A stretch of DNA of 64,000 bases, taken from contig NW_015162578.1 of assembly GCF_001447785.1 (NCBI RefSeq), positions 38,050-102,049 of the forward strand, read 5' to 3'. The notes under the pieces were generated by a model. It had not been told where the DNA came from and ran no database searches. It saw nothing but the letters and a program-made list of their open reading frames with translations. The translations under genes were made by a program, and so were the position numbers. Positions 13,352 to 24,415 of this stretch are shown in pieces. Source of the DNA: Gekko japonicus. Taxonomy: Eukaryota. Each line of letters opens with the position of its first letter. The stretch's first letter is position 1.

Positions 13352-13530
13352 GAGTATCATGTATAACTCTAACTTTACCTACACCTCACCAACGAAAGAA
13401 TATCGCTTTTGCTTCATCTGATATTGCTGCATCTGTTGTAGTAGGAGGCAGAACTACTCATTCGGTATTCAGACTACTGTTAAACATTGTGAGTGCAGCA
13501 TCCTCTGGAGCTAGCAAGTGGAGCAAGCAG
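13352..13530 (+). pseudogene. Helitron PIF1-like helicase fragment (copy 1)
   Basis: KNIAFASSDIAASVVVGGRTTHSVFRLLLNI resembles the RepHel motif VASSGIAATLL-GGRTAHS-FK. Confidence 0.75.
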
Positions 13531-13589
13531 GGGTTCATGGAGTTCCTGTATGCATAGTTTGCATCGTTCACTCTGACTAAAAGTATGAC

Positions 13590-13635
13590 GTTAATCACTT
13601 CCCTTGCTATCTTTTTCCCAGAGGTGTAATCAGGT
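13590..13635 (+). promoter_or_regulatory. Putative OR promoter of unit A: homeodomain (TAATCA) plus O/E (EBF)-like sites
   Basis: TAATCA...TCCCAGAGGT-g-TAATCA, conserved at 31159-31199 and 40088-40135. Confidence 0.5.
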
Positions 13636-15351
13636 ACTTTGGTAAGTTCCTGTAAGAGGAGAAAGTGTACAATGAAACAGTGAAACTTACTGGTACTTAC
13701 TTGTTTATTTATTTTATTTGGCTTCTATCCTGCCCTCCCCGCCACAGCAGGCTCTATAAGAGGGAAAGGGTTCCAGCATTAGTGGAGTTGGATTATTAGC
13801 TAGATTTAGGATTGGGGGGGGGAGATTCAAACTTCTGTTAGTCGCTTTCATTCTTTGAAGTGTAAAGCTGGAAAATGTTGTTAATAATTTAATATTTATG
13901 GGTTAGATAGTTTGGATTAGGAACCATCTCTAGTTCTGCAGTTATAACAACGGACCACAGAATAGATGAGACATGCTATTTCGGAAAGCAGCATATGAAT
14001 GAACACACTTCAAAAGTCCCAGAATTTCTCAAGAAATCTTGGTGAATATGAATAAGGTATGTTTATAAAAAATGACATGGGAGTACTTACATATACCTAG
14101 GTTATTCATTTACCAACTGGACTGTTTTAGCTGCTTTAAAAGGGTCTATGTGTTTCTAGTAAATCTAGGGAAGGATACGAAAAACAAATATTTTCTGATC
14201 TACCAAATCACTTGTGTAGCATTTTATTCCCGTTCTTTGTAGTGATATCATTGAGTGACAGTGTATCAAAGTGAAATGAAGCCTGTTGGTGGAATGAAGA
14301 CTAACAAAATTTATTTTGGCATACATTTTCATGGACTAGAGCTCACTGTTTCAGATGCAACATGTGGCTCCTCACTATTTATTTATTTATTACTTACTTT
14401 ATTCAAACCCTGTTTTTCTCGTGAACAAGGGATGCAAAAGTTTACACTATTCTCCTCTCCTCTGAGAGTGTGTGACTGGTCCAAAGCCATCCAGCAAGTT
14501 TCCATGGAAGGGTGGAATTCAAACTTGGGTCCCCCACATCATAATAGAACACTCTAAATGTTGCACAGTGTATGTAGGAGGTATGAAAAATAGCAAAAAA
14601 GCACATGTTCAAGAATGTACACAGTGAAATTTTCTTATATAAAATTCATATCTAATCAGGAAAAATACAAAAGCTTTTGACCAGCTATACTAAACTAGTT
14701 AACAGCAATAATGGATGTAGGTGGGTAAAGAATTCCAGGTTTTACTTAACAGACAGTGAATAAGAATTTCATACTGGAGTATCCCATTGAAGTTCTTTTG
14801 CTTAGGAATGGTGGCTTTCAGTTCAGCAGCACAGTATCCCTGGAGACTGAATGTTTGTCAATTAGTTTATGAACAGGACAATTTTTAATGTATGTTTCAC
14901 ATATAAACGTCTGCATTAATGAGAATTCACTGATTGCATCTGAAGAGGTGGGCTCTAATCCTTGAAAGTTTATTGTGAAATAAAATGCTGATAATCTTTA
15001 CAGTGCCAGCAGATTCCTGTTTATTTTTTGTGGCAATTGCTAATTCTGTCAGTTGACAGTGAATTTATGTCTCGCCACTAGATAATGTATCTGACTTGAA
15101 AATTCTCCCTCTCGATAGAATAATTCATTCAGTGAGCCAACCAGTTAAAAGCGGAGACTGTTATGGTTGATTATTCAGAACGTTTGACTACAATTCTCCT
15201 CTTTGATTTTCTTCTCTTATTTACAAAAATAGGGAATGATAATATATGTAGCCATTCACACTTTGAAAAACACAAGGGGTTGGATCCAGCCAGCCTTTTC
15301 TCTTCATCTTGCCCAATAACTCTTTTTCTAGAGCCACCATCCTATATAGTT

Positions 15352-15832
15352 GTTTTTTTTAAAAAAAAAAAATCCCCTGGAGACAGGGTAGCTTTATTAA
15401 ATTTTGTTACACCTACGTGACTACAGAAGGGAAAAAAAAAAAGGGAAAATGGGAAAAAAGGGAGGGTGGGGGAGGGAAAAAAATAACAAACTAAAATAAC
15501 AAACCCCGGGATACAGACAGTACAAAAGAAAAGAAACCCACACTATAACTAAAAACCCAAGAAAGGAAGGTCATTAACAGTTAGTATACAGTTAGTCATA
15601 AAAATTAAAGCTTTCGTTTGAGTCAACGAATTAGGGAGATTAATGAGTCCATTTTAGTAAATGTCTAATTTCTTCTCAGTATGCACAAAGACTTCATCCA
15701 GTTCATTCATAAATCTTTTAGGTCATAAGAGCTACTTGGCAACTCTTAGCCGCAAATCATATGCCTCTCTGGCCTTGCCTCCTTCTGCTCCTATTAGGTC
15801 TCCGTCCGTCTTGTCCAGGCTGGCTGCCTGGC
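15352..15832 (-). mobile_element. 5'-truncated LINE (L1/Tx1-like) 3' end with 15-bp TSD
   Basis: TSD ccatcctatatagtt at 15337-15351 and 15833-15847; T-rich left end; absent from paralogous units B and C. Confidence 0.65.
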
Positions 15833-16303
15833 CCATCCTATATAGTTTTTGTCCATGAAGGTCCTGTTATCCCTAACAGAGCCTGTTTGGGTGTTCAAAG
15901 GAGATCTTTCCTTCCCTTTTCACTAGCAGAAGAGCTAGCTGGATCCAATCAAAAGTCAAATGCAAATACTGTATTTATTGGACACAATTAAGAAGGGATT
16001 TTTTTGATGGGGTTGTGTTGTATTTTTCACACTGCAGATTACAGTGGATTACAGTTTTAGCATTCATCACTCTATAATATTATATTGGAACAAATACAGT
16101 TCCTTACATAGTTGCATTATACATACATACATTCGACTTTATTGCATGGGCCTGATGAATGCTTACATTTACTATTTACAGTTAGATGAAGTAGCTATTT
16201 ATCCCAGTCCTAAGAAAACATATTGAAGATGCAAGTTTCAAAAGCTTTCCAATTTCCTCTTTAATAATTTTTCATTCTCCCCATACATTCCAGATGCTGC
16301 AAC

Positions 16304-18100
16304 ATGGAAAGGGGAAACATGACATCTGTCACTGAAATCCTTTTGCTTGGGTTTGTATATGACCCTGCTTTGGAGATTGTCCTTTTTCTGGTTTTCCTTC
16401 TTGTGTATATAGTGACAGTGCTTGGAAATGCTCTCATCATTCTACTCATCACCATTGATTCTCGCCTCCACTCCCCCATGTATTTCTTCCTCAGCAATTT
16501 GTCCTTCATTGAGATATTCATGACAACCTGTGTAGTGCCAAAAATGCTAGCCAATTTCTTGACTAAGAGGAAAACCATTTCATTTGTTGGTTGCCGCATC
16601 CAGTCATACTTTTATTTCTTCATGGGCTCCACTGAGTTCATCCTGTTTGCTGCTATGTCCTTTGATCGCTATGTAGCCATCTGTTTCCCACTTAGGTACC
16701 CTACCCTCATGACTGGGACTGTTTGTGTTAAGATGGTGATAGGCTCTTGGATTGGTGGTTTCATGTCTGTGTTCTTGTCAACAGTTGTGAAGGCTAGGTT
16801 GCCTTACTGTGGACCTAATGTCATCAACCACTACTTCTGTGACAGTGCCCCTTTGCTACATCTTGCCTGTACGGACATAAGACTTATTGAATTGATTGAC
16901 TTCATTGGTTCTTTACTTCTGTTGCTTGGTTCCCTTTCATTCACTGCTACTTCTTATCTATATATCTAATAGCCAACTTGCCCCATTCGTTCTGCTCGCT
17001 AAATCAGCACGGAGGGGGCAGGTGGGGGGGAGGGGGAGGTTTGTGCACACGTGGGCCAGTCCCCACGTGTGCACAAAAATGCAAAAAGTTAAAAAAAATT
17101 TCGGGGGGATGTTTAAATCCCCCCGAAAGTGCAAGAGCGTCTCCTGCGCATGCGCAGGAGACGCTCTGCAACGCCGCCACCGCTGCCGCCGCCTCGGACC
17201 AGCTGGCGGGCTGGCGGGCGACGGGGGGGAGGAAGCCGGGCCTCGCCGCCGCCGCTGCCTCCCCGGAGCCGGCTGGCCAGCCAGCCAGCCAGCCGGCCGG
17301 CCCCACAAATTCTCGCCTCCACTCCCCCATGTATTTCTTCCTCAGCAATTTGTCCTTCATTGAGATATTCATGACAACCTGTAGTGCCAAAAATGCTAGC
17401 CAATTTCTTGACAAAGAGGAAAACCATTTCATTTGTTGGTTGCCGCATCCAGTCATACTTTTATTTCTTCATGGGCTCCACTGAGTTCATCCTGTTTGCT
17501 GCTATGTCCTTTGACCGCTATGTAGCCATCTGTTTCCCACTTAGGTACCCTACCCTCATGACTGGGACTGTTTGTGTTAAGATGGTGATAGGCTCTTGGA
17601 TTGGTGGTTTCATGTCTGTGTTCTTGTCAACAGTTGTGAAGGCTAGGTTGCCTTACTGTGGACCTAATGTCATCAACCACTACTTCTGTGACAGTGCCCC
17701 TTTGCTACATCTTGCCTGTACAGACATAAGACTTATTGAATTGATTGACTTCATTGGTTCTTTACTTCTGTTGCTTGGTTCCCTTTCATTCACTGCTACT
17801 TCTTATGTTTACATAATTTCAACCATTCTCAAGATTCCTTCTGCTCAGGGTAGGAAGAAGGCCTTTGCCACTTGTGCCTCTCACTTCACTGTTGTCTCCA
17901 TGGGCTATGGAATCTCCATTTTTGTGTATGTCAGGCCATCCCAGACTGACATCATGAGCATAAACAAAGCATTAGCTGTTTTCTCCGGCATCCTGACACC
18001 CTTATTAAACCCTTTCATCTTCAGTCTGAGAAATGAACAAATGAAAGAGGCATTGAGAGATGTCCTAAAGAGAATAGCTTCAAAAATCAAAGATGGCTGA
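16304..18100 (+). pseudogene. OR6-like gene (unit A) disrupted by an insertion plus internal ~500-bp duplication
   Basis: ORF stops at 16969 inside the insert; 16458-16957 is repeated at 17309-17806 with a 2-bp deletion; the 3' part carries KAFATCASH and PLLNPFIFSLRN. Confidence 0.88.
16957..17308 (+). mobile_element. GC-rich insert with Helitron-like 5' end
   Basis: Starts TCTATATATCTAATAG directly after a host A whose next base in paralogues is T; CpG-rich; no 3' hairpin or CTRR. Confidence 0.6.
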
Positions 18101-18805
18101 TTCTCTAAGTTACCTTCTGTGAACCTCAGAATGAGAACATACTACTTAGAAATACTTACCTTCCTAGAATTTAAGGGCTTGATTTGCGAACTTCATCGCA
18201 TGAGGCTGGAAACTAGATAAGAGAGCTACTTGATGCTGCCTACTGCCACAAAACAAGTTCAGGCACATAAAGAAGTGTGCAATAATAGCTGTTATGAATA
18301 ACAAACAATATCAATCTACTGCACTAACCATATCTGAAGTAAATTTTTGAAGCCTGCCTTTATGTCTTTGCTGGACCATCAGAACCCTATTATGTTTCAG
18401 TTCAGAATCCAGCTTTCCCAGCTTCATATTAAGTTCTTGCCCCCATATCTACATACAGCAACTTACCCCTGAGACAAACACACATGCTAGGCTAAGATTG
18501 GGTTTGGACACTGACTCTGCAGCAGCCTAGATGTGTCATATTTTTGGAGTTTTGTAAATCATGGGAGAAAACCTATGAGATTTGATGGAGCTAAAGATCC
18601 AATTGATTACTCATGTTCAATACAAGGATTTTAGAATATGAATTCAAAAAAGTATTCTGCTGTATTTCCTCTTTAAAAACCTAAATTGCTTTATTGATAT
18701 TTATTATGATATTGTCATATGGATATTTATGAGCAACATGATCTTCTAAATTTGTCCTGACAGGTGAAAACTGGTATTAAAAAACAGTAGGATATCACCA
18801 TGAAA

Positions 18806-19565
18806 TCCGGTTCAAACAACCCCCGGCCCTTGTGGCCGTGAAGCTGGGGAAGTGCCTTTGCCTCCCAGCCAGATGACGCAAGCCTCAGTTTATGCACCAA
18901 AAGCGCTGCATACGGGTACCTGTGGGGGGTAGGGTCAAATGGCTTAAAAGCCAGGCCCCTCCCCTCCTCGGCAGCAGTCCTACTTGGTCTTCAGCCCACC
19001 CTCCCACCCTGTTGGTAGTGCAGGCTTTGGCTGGTCGCCGGTTTAGGGGGCCGGGTAGGAATTTTTTACCCCTTCCTGATTGGCCATAGGTGGGGGTGTT
19101 TTCACCTACCCTGTATCGTGACAGTGATGCAGGTGTTTGTATGGGTGGGCTGTGTTAGTTTTGGTTAGGCATGATTCTATGCGGTATACAGATTGAGGTC
19201 CAGTGAGCACCAGCTGACACCCATTATTTGGGGTTGAAGGGGTCCTGTGAGTACAGTCTTTGTGCCTTGCAGCCTGGGGCAGAGAAAATGACTGACTTCG
19301 AGCCCACCCTTGCGGCTTGGGGGATGGGGCTACGGGGTTGTCCTGCAATGGCTAGCTATTGCTGGTGGCTGGTGGCTCCCAGTCAGGACAGTGTGGCTCA
19401 CCCTATTTCATGAGGTAAGGGAGGGATCTTTGACCCTTGGCCTTGATCATACCGCAAACTGTGTTGCCCTTGCCATTGGTTCCAGTTAAAGTTGTCAGTT
19501 AATAAAGTGGTCCTATAGTTAAACCCAACATTTGTGTCCGCCTCGTTATTCCGGCTTGGGAGGCA
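18806..19565 (+). mobile_element. Ngaro/DIRS-related terminal fragment
   Basis: End agttaataaagtgg...tgtccgcctcgttattccg...ggcaa matches the end of the Ngaro element at 29660-29731; absent from paralogue B (37845-37860). Confidence 0.65.
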
Positions 19566-19636
19566 AAAATAATGATCAAATATAAATGATGTGGTTAATA
19601 TTTGGGTTGGACCCAATAACTTATTTTTGCTAAGTG

Positions 19637-19860
19637 AGCTGCTTTGGGTCCCCATTGGGAAAAGGACAAGGTCTCTTGTTCGGTATAAATCTAAATTGGT
19701 ATATACCTCGCCCACAAAAGAATATTGCTCTTGTTGTTGCTTCATCTGGAATTGCTGCAACTGTTTTAGTAGGAGGCAGAATTGCTCACTTGGTGTTCAA
19801 AGTACTGTTCAACATTGTGAGTGCAGCAGCCTCTGGGGTTGGCAAGTGGAGCAAGGAAGG
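19637..19860 (+). pseudogene. SINE tail plus Helitron PIF1-like helicase fragment (copy 2)
   Basis: KNIALVVASSGIAATVLVGGRIAHLVFKVLFNI; roughly 80% identical by eye to 13320-13530. Confidence 0.8.
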
Positions 19861-20573
19861 GTGTGGCCCCTACTAAATAAATGAGAAAGCATTACACTCT
19901 TTGTGTTTGGAATTTTTTTCTATCATCTAATAGACATTGACAGCTTTCATTCTCTAGAAATATATTAACTAGACTGATTACATAGATATTGGGGGGGGAC
20001 TCATCTGCAATTATGAGCTGTTTTGTCATACTGTCATGAGCTCATTCACCATTGTAATGGCATTAAAGATTAGAGTTTTCTATGAATGCAACATACAGAG
20101 AGAGAGAGAGAGAAAATAAAGCTGAGAAAGCATCTTGCTAAAGAGTCAGGCCAAAGGCACACAAGATACTAAGAGTTCCATGTATGGGGTCCCCAACATA
20201 ACCACCATATAAGATGTCATTTTTAACTGGAACCTCAGAGATTTAAGCTTCCTTCTGTCGCTTTTTGAACCCATAACCACCACATCAGACTGCAGTTTGT
20301 CCCATTGAACAAACGTGCATGATGAGGGAGCAGCCAGGAGTGGAGACAGGGGAGTCTCTGTCACCCAGCAAACACCACCCCTCACCTTTGCTGCTGCTAG
20401 GGCTCCTATCTCTCCCATCTTCTGCTGTTTCCAAGCCTCTTTAGCCAGGGAAGGATTGTCTGAGGTCGAATCCACATGTGTGTTTCTTGCCGGTTTCCTG
20501 ACATTTTCTCTCCTGTCCCCCAACAAACTGTCTACATTTGCATCCGGTTTCATGCTGGCAGTGCGCCTTTTTA

Positions 20574-21430
20574 CTAGCTAGCCCTCAAAATAATTTTTAA
20601 AAATTTTATCTTGTTTTGAGGCTTTTATTTATTGACCCCTTTTACATTTTAAGTTCAGGGGGGGGATTTACTTCGAGCTGTAGGAGGCACACTCAGCAGT
20701 AAAACACAAGACCTTGTGTTTAGCTCAGTGGGTAACTTCCTGCCCTGTAAATCAGGGCATTGCTGGTTTGATTCCTGCATGGCTGCTTTTACTCATCGCT
20801 AAGTACCAGTCCTCAAAATTTTTTATTTGAAATTTATCTGTTTATTAAATTTATAATCACTGAATATAACTGGGCAATGCACAGTCAGCGGCTTTTTCGA
20901 GTAAGAGTTTGCATTTGACTCAAAAACTTGCAATTCCTGCCTTGTAGTCATGGCGTTTCTCATTTTTAAGTTCACAGGGGTAAGAATGACAGACCCTAGG
21001 AGTAACAGAAGTTTTCTGGGAATAGAAGTGTTCTGAGAATGGAATGACAGGCTCCGGAGTGGAATGACAGCCCCTGGGGGTAGCAGCAGTGTTCTTGGAC
21101 TGGAATAACAAGCCTCAGAGTGGAAAGACAGTTCCTTGGTGAAGCAGTTGTGTTCTGGGAGTGGAATGACAGGCCCAATGGTGGAATGACATCCCCTTGG
21201 AGTAAGAGGACTGCCCTGGAACTGGAATGCCAGACCTATAATTACAGTCCCAGGACACATCTCCTACCTCTTGGGCTGTCATTCCACTCTGGAGCTGGTT
21301 ATTCCAGTCCCAGAATACTCCTGCTAAGCCCAGGGGCTACCATTCCACTGTGGGGCCTCTCATTCCAGTCCCAGAACACTCCAGTAACCCCCAGGGGCCA
21401 TCTAGTGATGAACAATAGATTGTGATTAGA
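20574..21430 (-). mobile_element. Complete non-autonomous Helitron
   Basis: Minus strand starts TC after a host A and ends CTAG before a host T; subterminal hairpin cctcaaaa...ttttgagg; no TSD; internal minisatellite. Confidence 0.7.
20980..21400. repeat. ~63-bp minisatellite in two oppositely oriented arrays
   Basis: Units with tggaatgacag run on + (20980-21235), then their complement cattccactc/attccagtcccag (21243-21400). Confidence 0.75.
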
Positions 21431-23379
21431 TAACTGAAAAAAAGACAAAGTGGACAGCTCCCCTAATGCTAACTTGAAAGCAGAGGCGCAGCAGTTCTAA
21501 ACCTCATGGGATAACAGCGGCACCAAGCTGATTCTAAAATGCATATGTAGATTTGGCCTGAGTCACTGTCCAGCAAGGATGCTGTCAGGAAGGATTCCAC
21601 AGGCTTTTGGAAGTACGGCAATCCAAACTGTAAAATGACAATGACATCCCTGTGGTGGATATGAGGACAGCGTCACTTTTGCTTATTGAGCCTTTTTGGA
21701 CAAAAATGAGGAACAGTGTTGTGATGGCTGATACCTGGTGAGCATCTAGCTGAGCACTGAAATGTCCAGATTTCCTAGATCTGAATTTACCATCTGTCTT
21801 TTACTAGATAAGATAGGAAAATAGAGCTGCCGGTGAAATCCCTCATAAACAAAGTTCACAGTAAACTTGCAAGTATCTTCAAGAAAAGAAAAGAAAAACC
21901 TGAAGAAACTCAAGAACAAACTAGGAGCAATTTTGAAAAAAAAAATTAGTGACATGTCTCAGGGGAGTTCCAAATATCCTTAGGTTGACAAAAATTCAAG
22001 TTAGAGTGATTATGAATTCTTTGTGTGGCGTTTCAAGAGATGGAAATGTTTCATTCTAGCCTCATATTAGATAAATGTTTAAATGTAATGTAACATGATG
22101 TCACATTATGGCTGAGTTCAGACTGACAGTTTGGCCCGATATAGGCACGTTTCACAAACGGATTAAAGGGGCCGGTTCAGACAGCCACAGCTTCCCAGCC
22201 ATAATCAACCCATCCTATGACAATTCCCTACCATTTTAAAAAAGTACCAGGTGAAAGCGGTAGCAAACCTTGGAGAGTGCGTTGATCCCGCTTCCCGGAA
22301 GTGTGCATGCTAAAAGCCACAAATAAGCCACATTGCTGCGCCTATGCGAATAGGTGCATGTCGCTGGAGTGAAAAAAGCCACTTACAGCCACGCCTTCAC
22401 CAGGGGCGGGCCAACAATGCGAATGCTCCCTTGCGCCTCCTTCCCAGTATGCTCCTGCGTCAGTAGGTGCAGTGCGAATGGGAATCCGCGGCACAACTTG
22501 GTCCTTTAGCCCCGCCTCCCTCGCACTTCATACTGCCAGTCTTTCTTCATTCTATGTGTCCTTGATTCAGTGTGACATATTTGTTGTAGCCAGGACTGCA
22601 TATGCAGTCCTCGGTTGGAAAGTCTGTATCAAAATGAGAGTAAAGGAGCTCAAATCAAGTTAAGTTTACTCCCGTTTAACAGCCCATAGGCCATACACTA
22701 TAAATCAAAAATTAAGATTAAAAATCACCATAAAAAATTGTCACATCCACAATACAGCTTTTGCAGAGGCTACTCAGAAGTAATCTTAATCTTGAAGGAG
22801 CAGGAAAGGCTATTTCAGTAGCTGTTTTCTAAGAAATCTCTCTTTGGCTGTTGCATACTTTGGGTAAGGTAAGATATGAGACAATGAATCAACCACTGCC
22901 AAAGCACTGGTCTGGAGGTGTTTTAAGGAAATGGCCCTTCATCTGGGCTATTGGCGGTGCATTACAACATGTGATTATGTATGACCGCCTCAGTTTTGGA
23001 ACTTCCAGCATATTGAGATAGTGAAGTGGATCAAATTGGGTAGAGTACTTAAATCCCAGATGGAGCAGGGAGCATTTCCATTCAGCATCTTTTTGGAGGG
23101 AGTCCCAATCCTGCTTAAACAGCTTCTCTTTAAGTAATGCTCATCTTTTTTCAGTTAGTTTTCTTGATTTTCACAAAGCTAATCAGTATATTTCCATATC
23201 CACAGTTCTATTCCATTTTAACCAAAAGTGCTCACAGGCTGCTGATAAGGTTGAAAGCTGGAAGATCTTCAAAATTGATGTGCATGAATTACAACAGTTC
23301 AATGAATTTAGATACCTTGGAATTGTGTTCCAGTCAAATTTATCTTGGTCCAAGCATGTTCATTATCTCAAGCAGATAA

Positions 23380-24415
23380 TGTGACAGACTCCGAGCTTGG
23401 GATCAGCCTGCAAGAAAAGACACCCGCAGTCACGTCACTAGCAGTGTTGATGTAATTCTGATGCAGAACTTGGGGGGGGATTCTAATGATTAAAAAAACC
23501 TCTCTTGACAGTTGGAGTTTGGCCGTTGAGATTGTGAGGTTTTTTTTGGTTGGTGGGTACTGTGCTCGGGGACTGACAAGTTATGTTGGACCTCGCTGAG
23601 TCCGAGGAGTAAATGTGATCTCTCAACAGATCCCAATATTAAGGGAATCTGAGAAAAGCCAAACATGGTTCTATACCATAGTTAAAACTAAAGAGTCTTA
23701 AAAAGGAAAATAGGCTCCTGGTGGTTAAGCTCCTCTCACATAGAATTTATACCCTGTTGGAGAGAGAGTTGGGTTTAAGTGGATTTGGGCTGCAGTCACA
23801 CACACTAAATAATCCACTTTCGATCCACTTTCAATGCACATCCCAACTGAATTTTTCCTGTGTGAACTGGCAAAATTAATTTGAAAGTGCATTGAAAGTA
23901 GATTATTTAGTGTGTGTGACTGCAGCCCTAGTGTGTGCCAGGAGGGTTTACTGGACTACTGGGTGTCCAAAAAGAAACAGGAAAAAAAAACCCAAGGCAC
24001 AGCAGAGATATTTCTCTGTGGAGGTGGTGAGTACCTGAGGAATCCAAATGTAAGCCGGCAATCTAGAATAGCACAGGGGTTGAGATTAGAGAGTGTGTGT
24101 TTTGTATTGTGGCATCTGAAATGAAAGATTATAAATGAACTGACCTAAAGTTGAACTATACCATTTGAAACAACGTATACACACGAATCAGCTTTCCCCT
24201 TGTCTATATATTCCCTGCCTGCCTGTCCTTGTAAATAGAACTGTCAGTTGGTTTTATTGTTCCATGTCGCATGTGCCTCAGTGTCTGACAGAGCTAGGTA
24301 TCTGACAAAGTTAAACCATAAACCTCATCCCAGGAAAAGGGTGGTGCTCATGAAAAGCCACAGAGATTAATATTTATAAAAAAAGTCTCATCAATAAGTG
24401 GCTGGGTGTGTGACA
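23380..24415. mobile_element. Possible solo LTR
   Basis: Begins tgtgaca and ends gtgaca, next to a LINE RT remnant (FRYLGIVF at ~23300-23335); no convincing TSD. Confidence 0.3.
23787..23928. mobile_element. MITE with 28-bp perfect TIRs (Harbinger-like)
   Basis: gggctgcagtcacacacactaaataatc ... gattatttagtgtgtgtgactgcagccc. Confidence 0.8.

Larger units (their letters stand above)
20464..21558. mobile_element. PIF/Harbinger-type MITE split by a nested Helitron
   Basis: Imperfect TIRs ggtcgaatccacatgtgtgttt / aaaatgcatatgtagatttggcc with 3-bp TSD TGA on both sides. Confidence 0.65.

Noticed and set aside
16261-16599. Conserved antisense ORF in three paralogues (also 35656 and 43054)
   Set aside because: Shadow of near-identical OR coding sequence; no independent protein features.
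16896-17484. Ala/Pro/Arg-rich overlapping ORFs, including an insert-OR fusion frame
   Set aside because: Product of a GC-rich insert with few stops; the fusion frame has no ATG in the insert and is frameshifted after TM2.
17384-18100. Independent 238-aa OR gene
   Set aside because: It is the second half of the duplicated gene A and lacks the N-terminus, TM1 and most of TM2.
20980-21400. CRISPR-like repeat array
   Set aside because: Eukaryotic context; units are degenerate tandem repeats without unique spacers and there are no cas genes.
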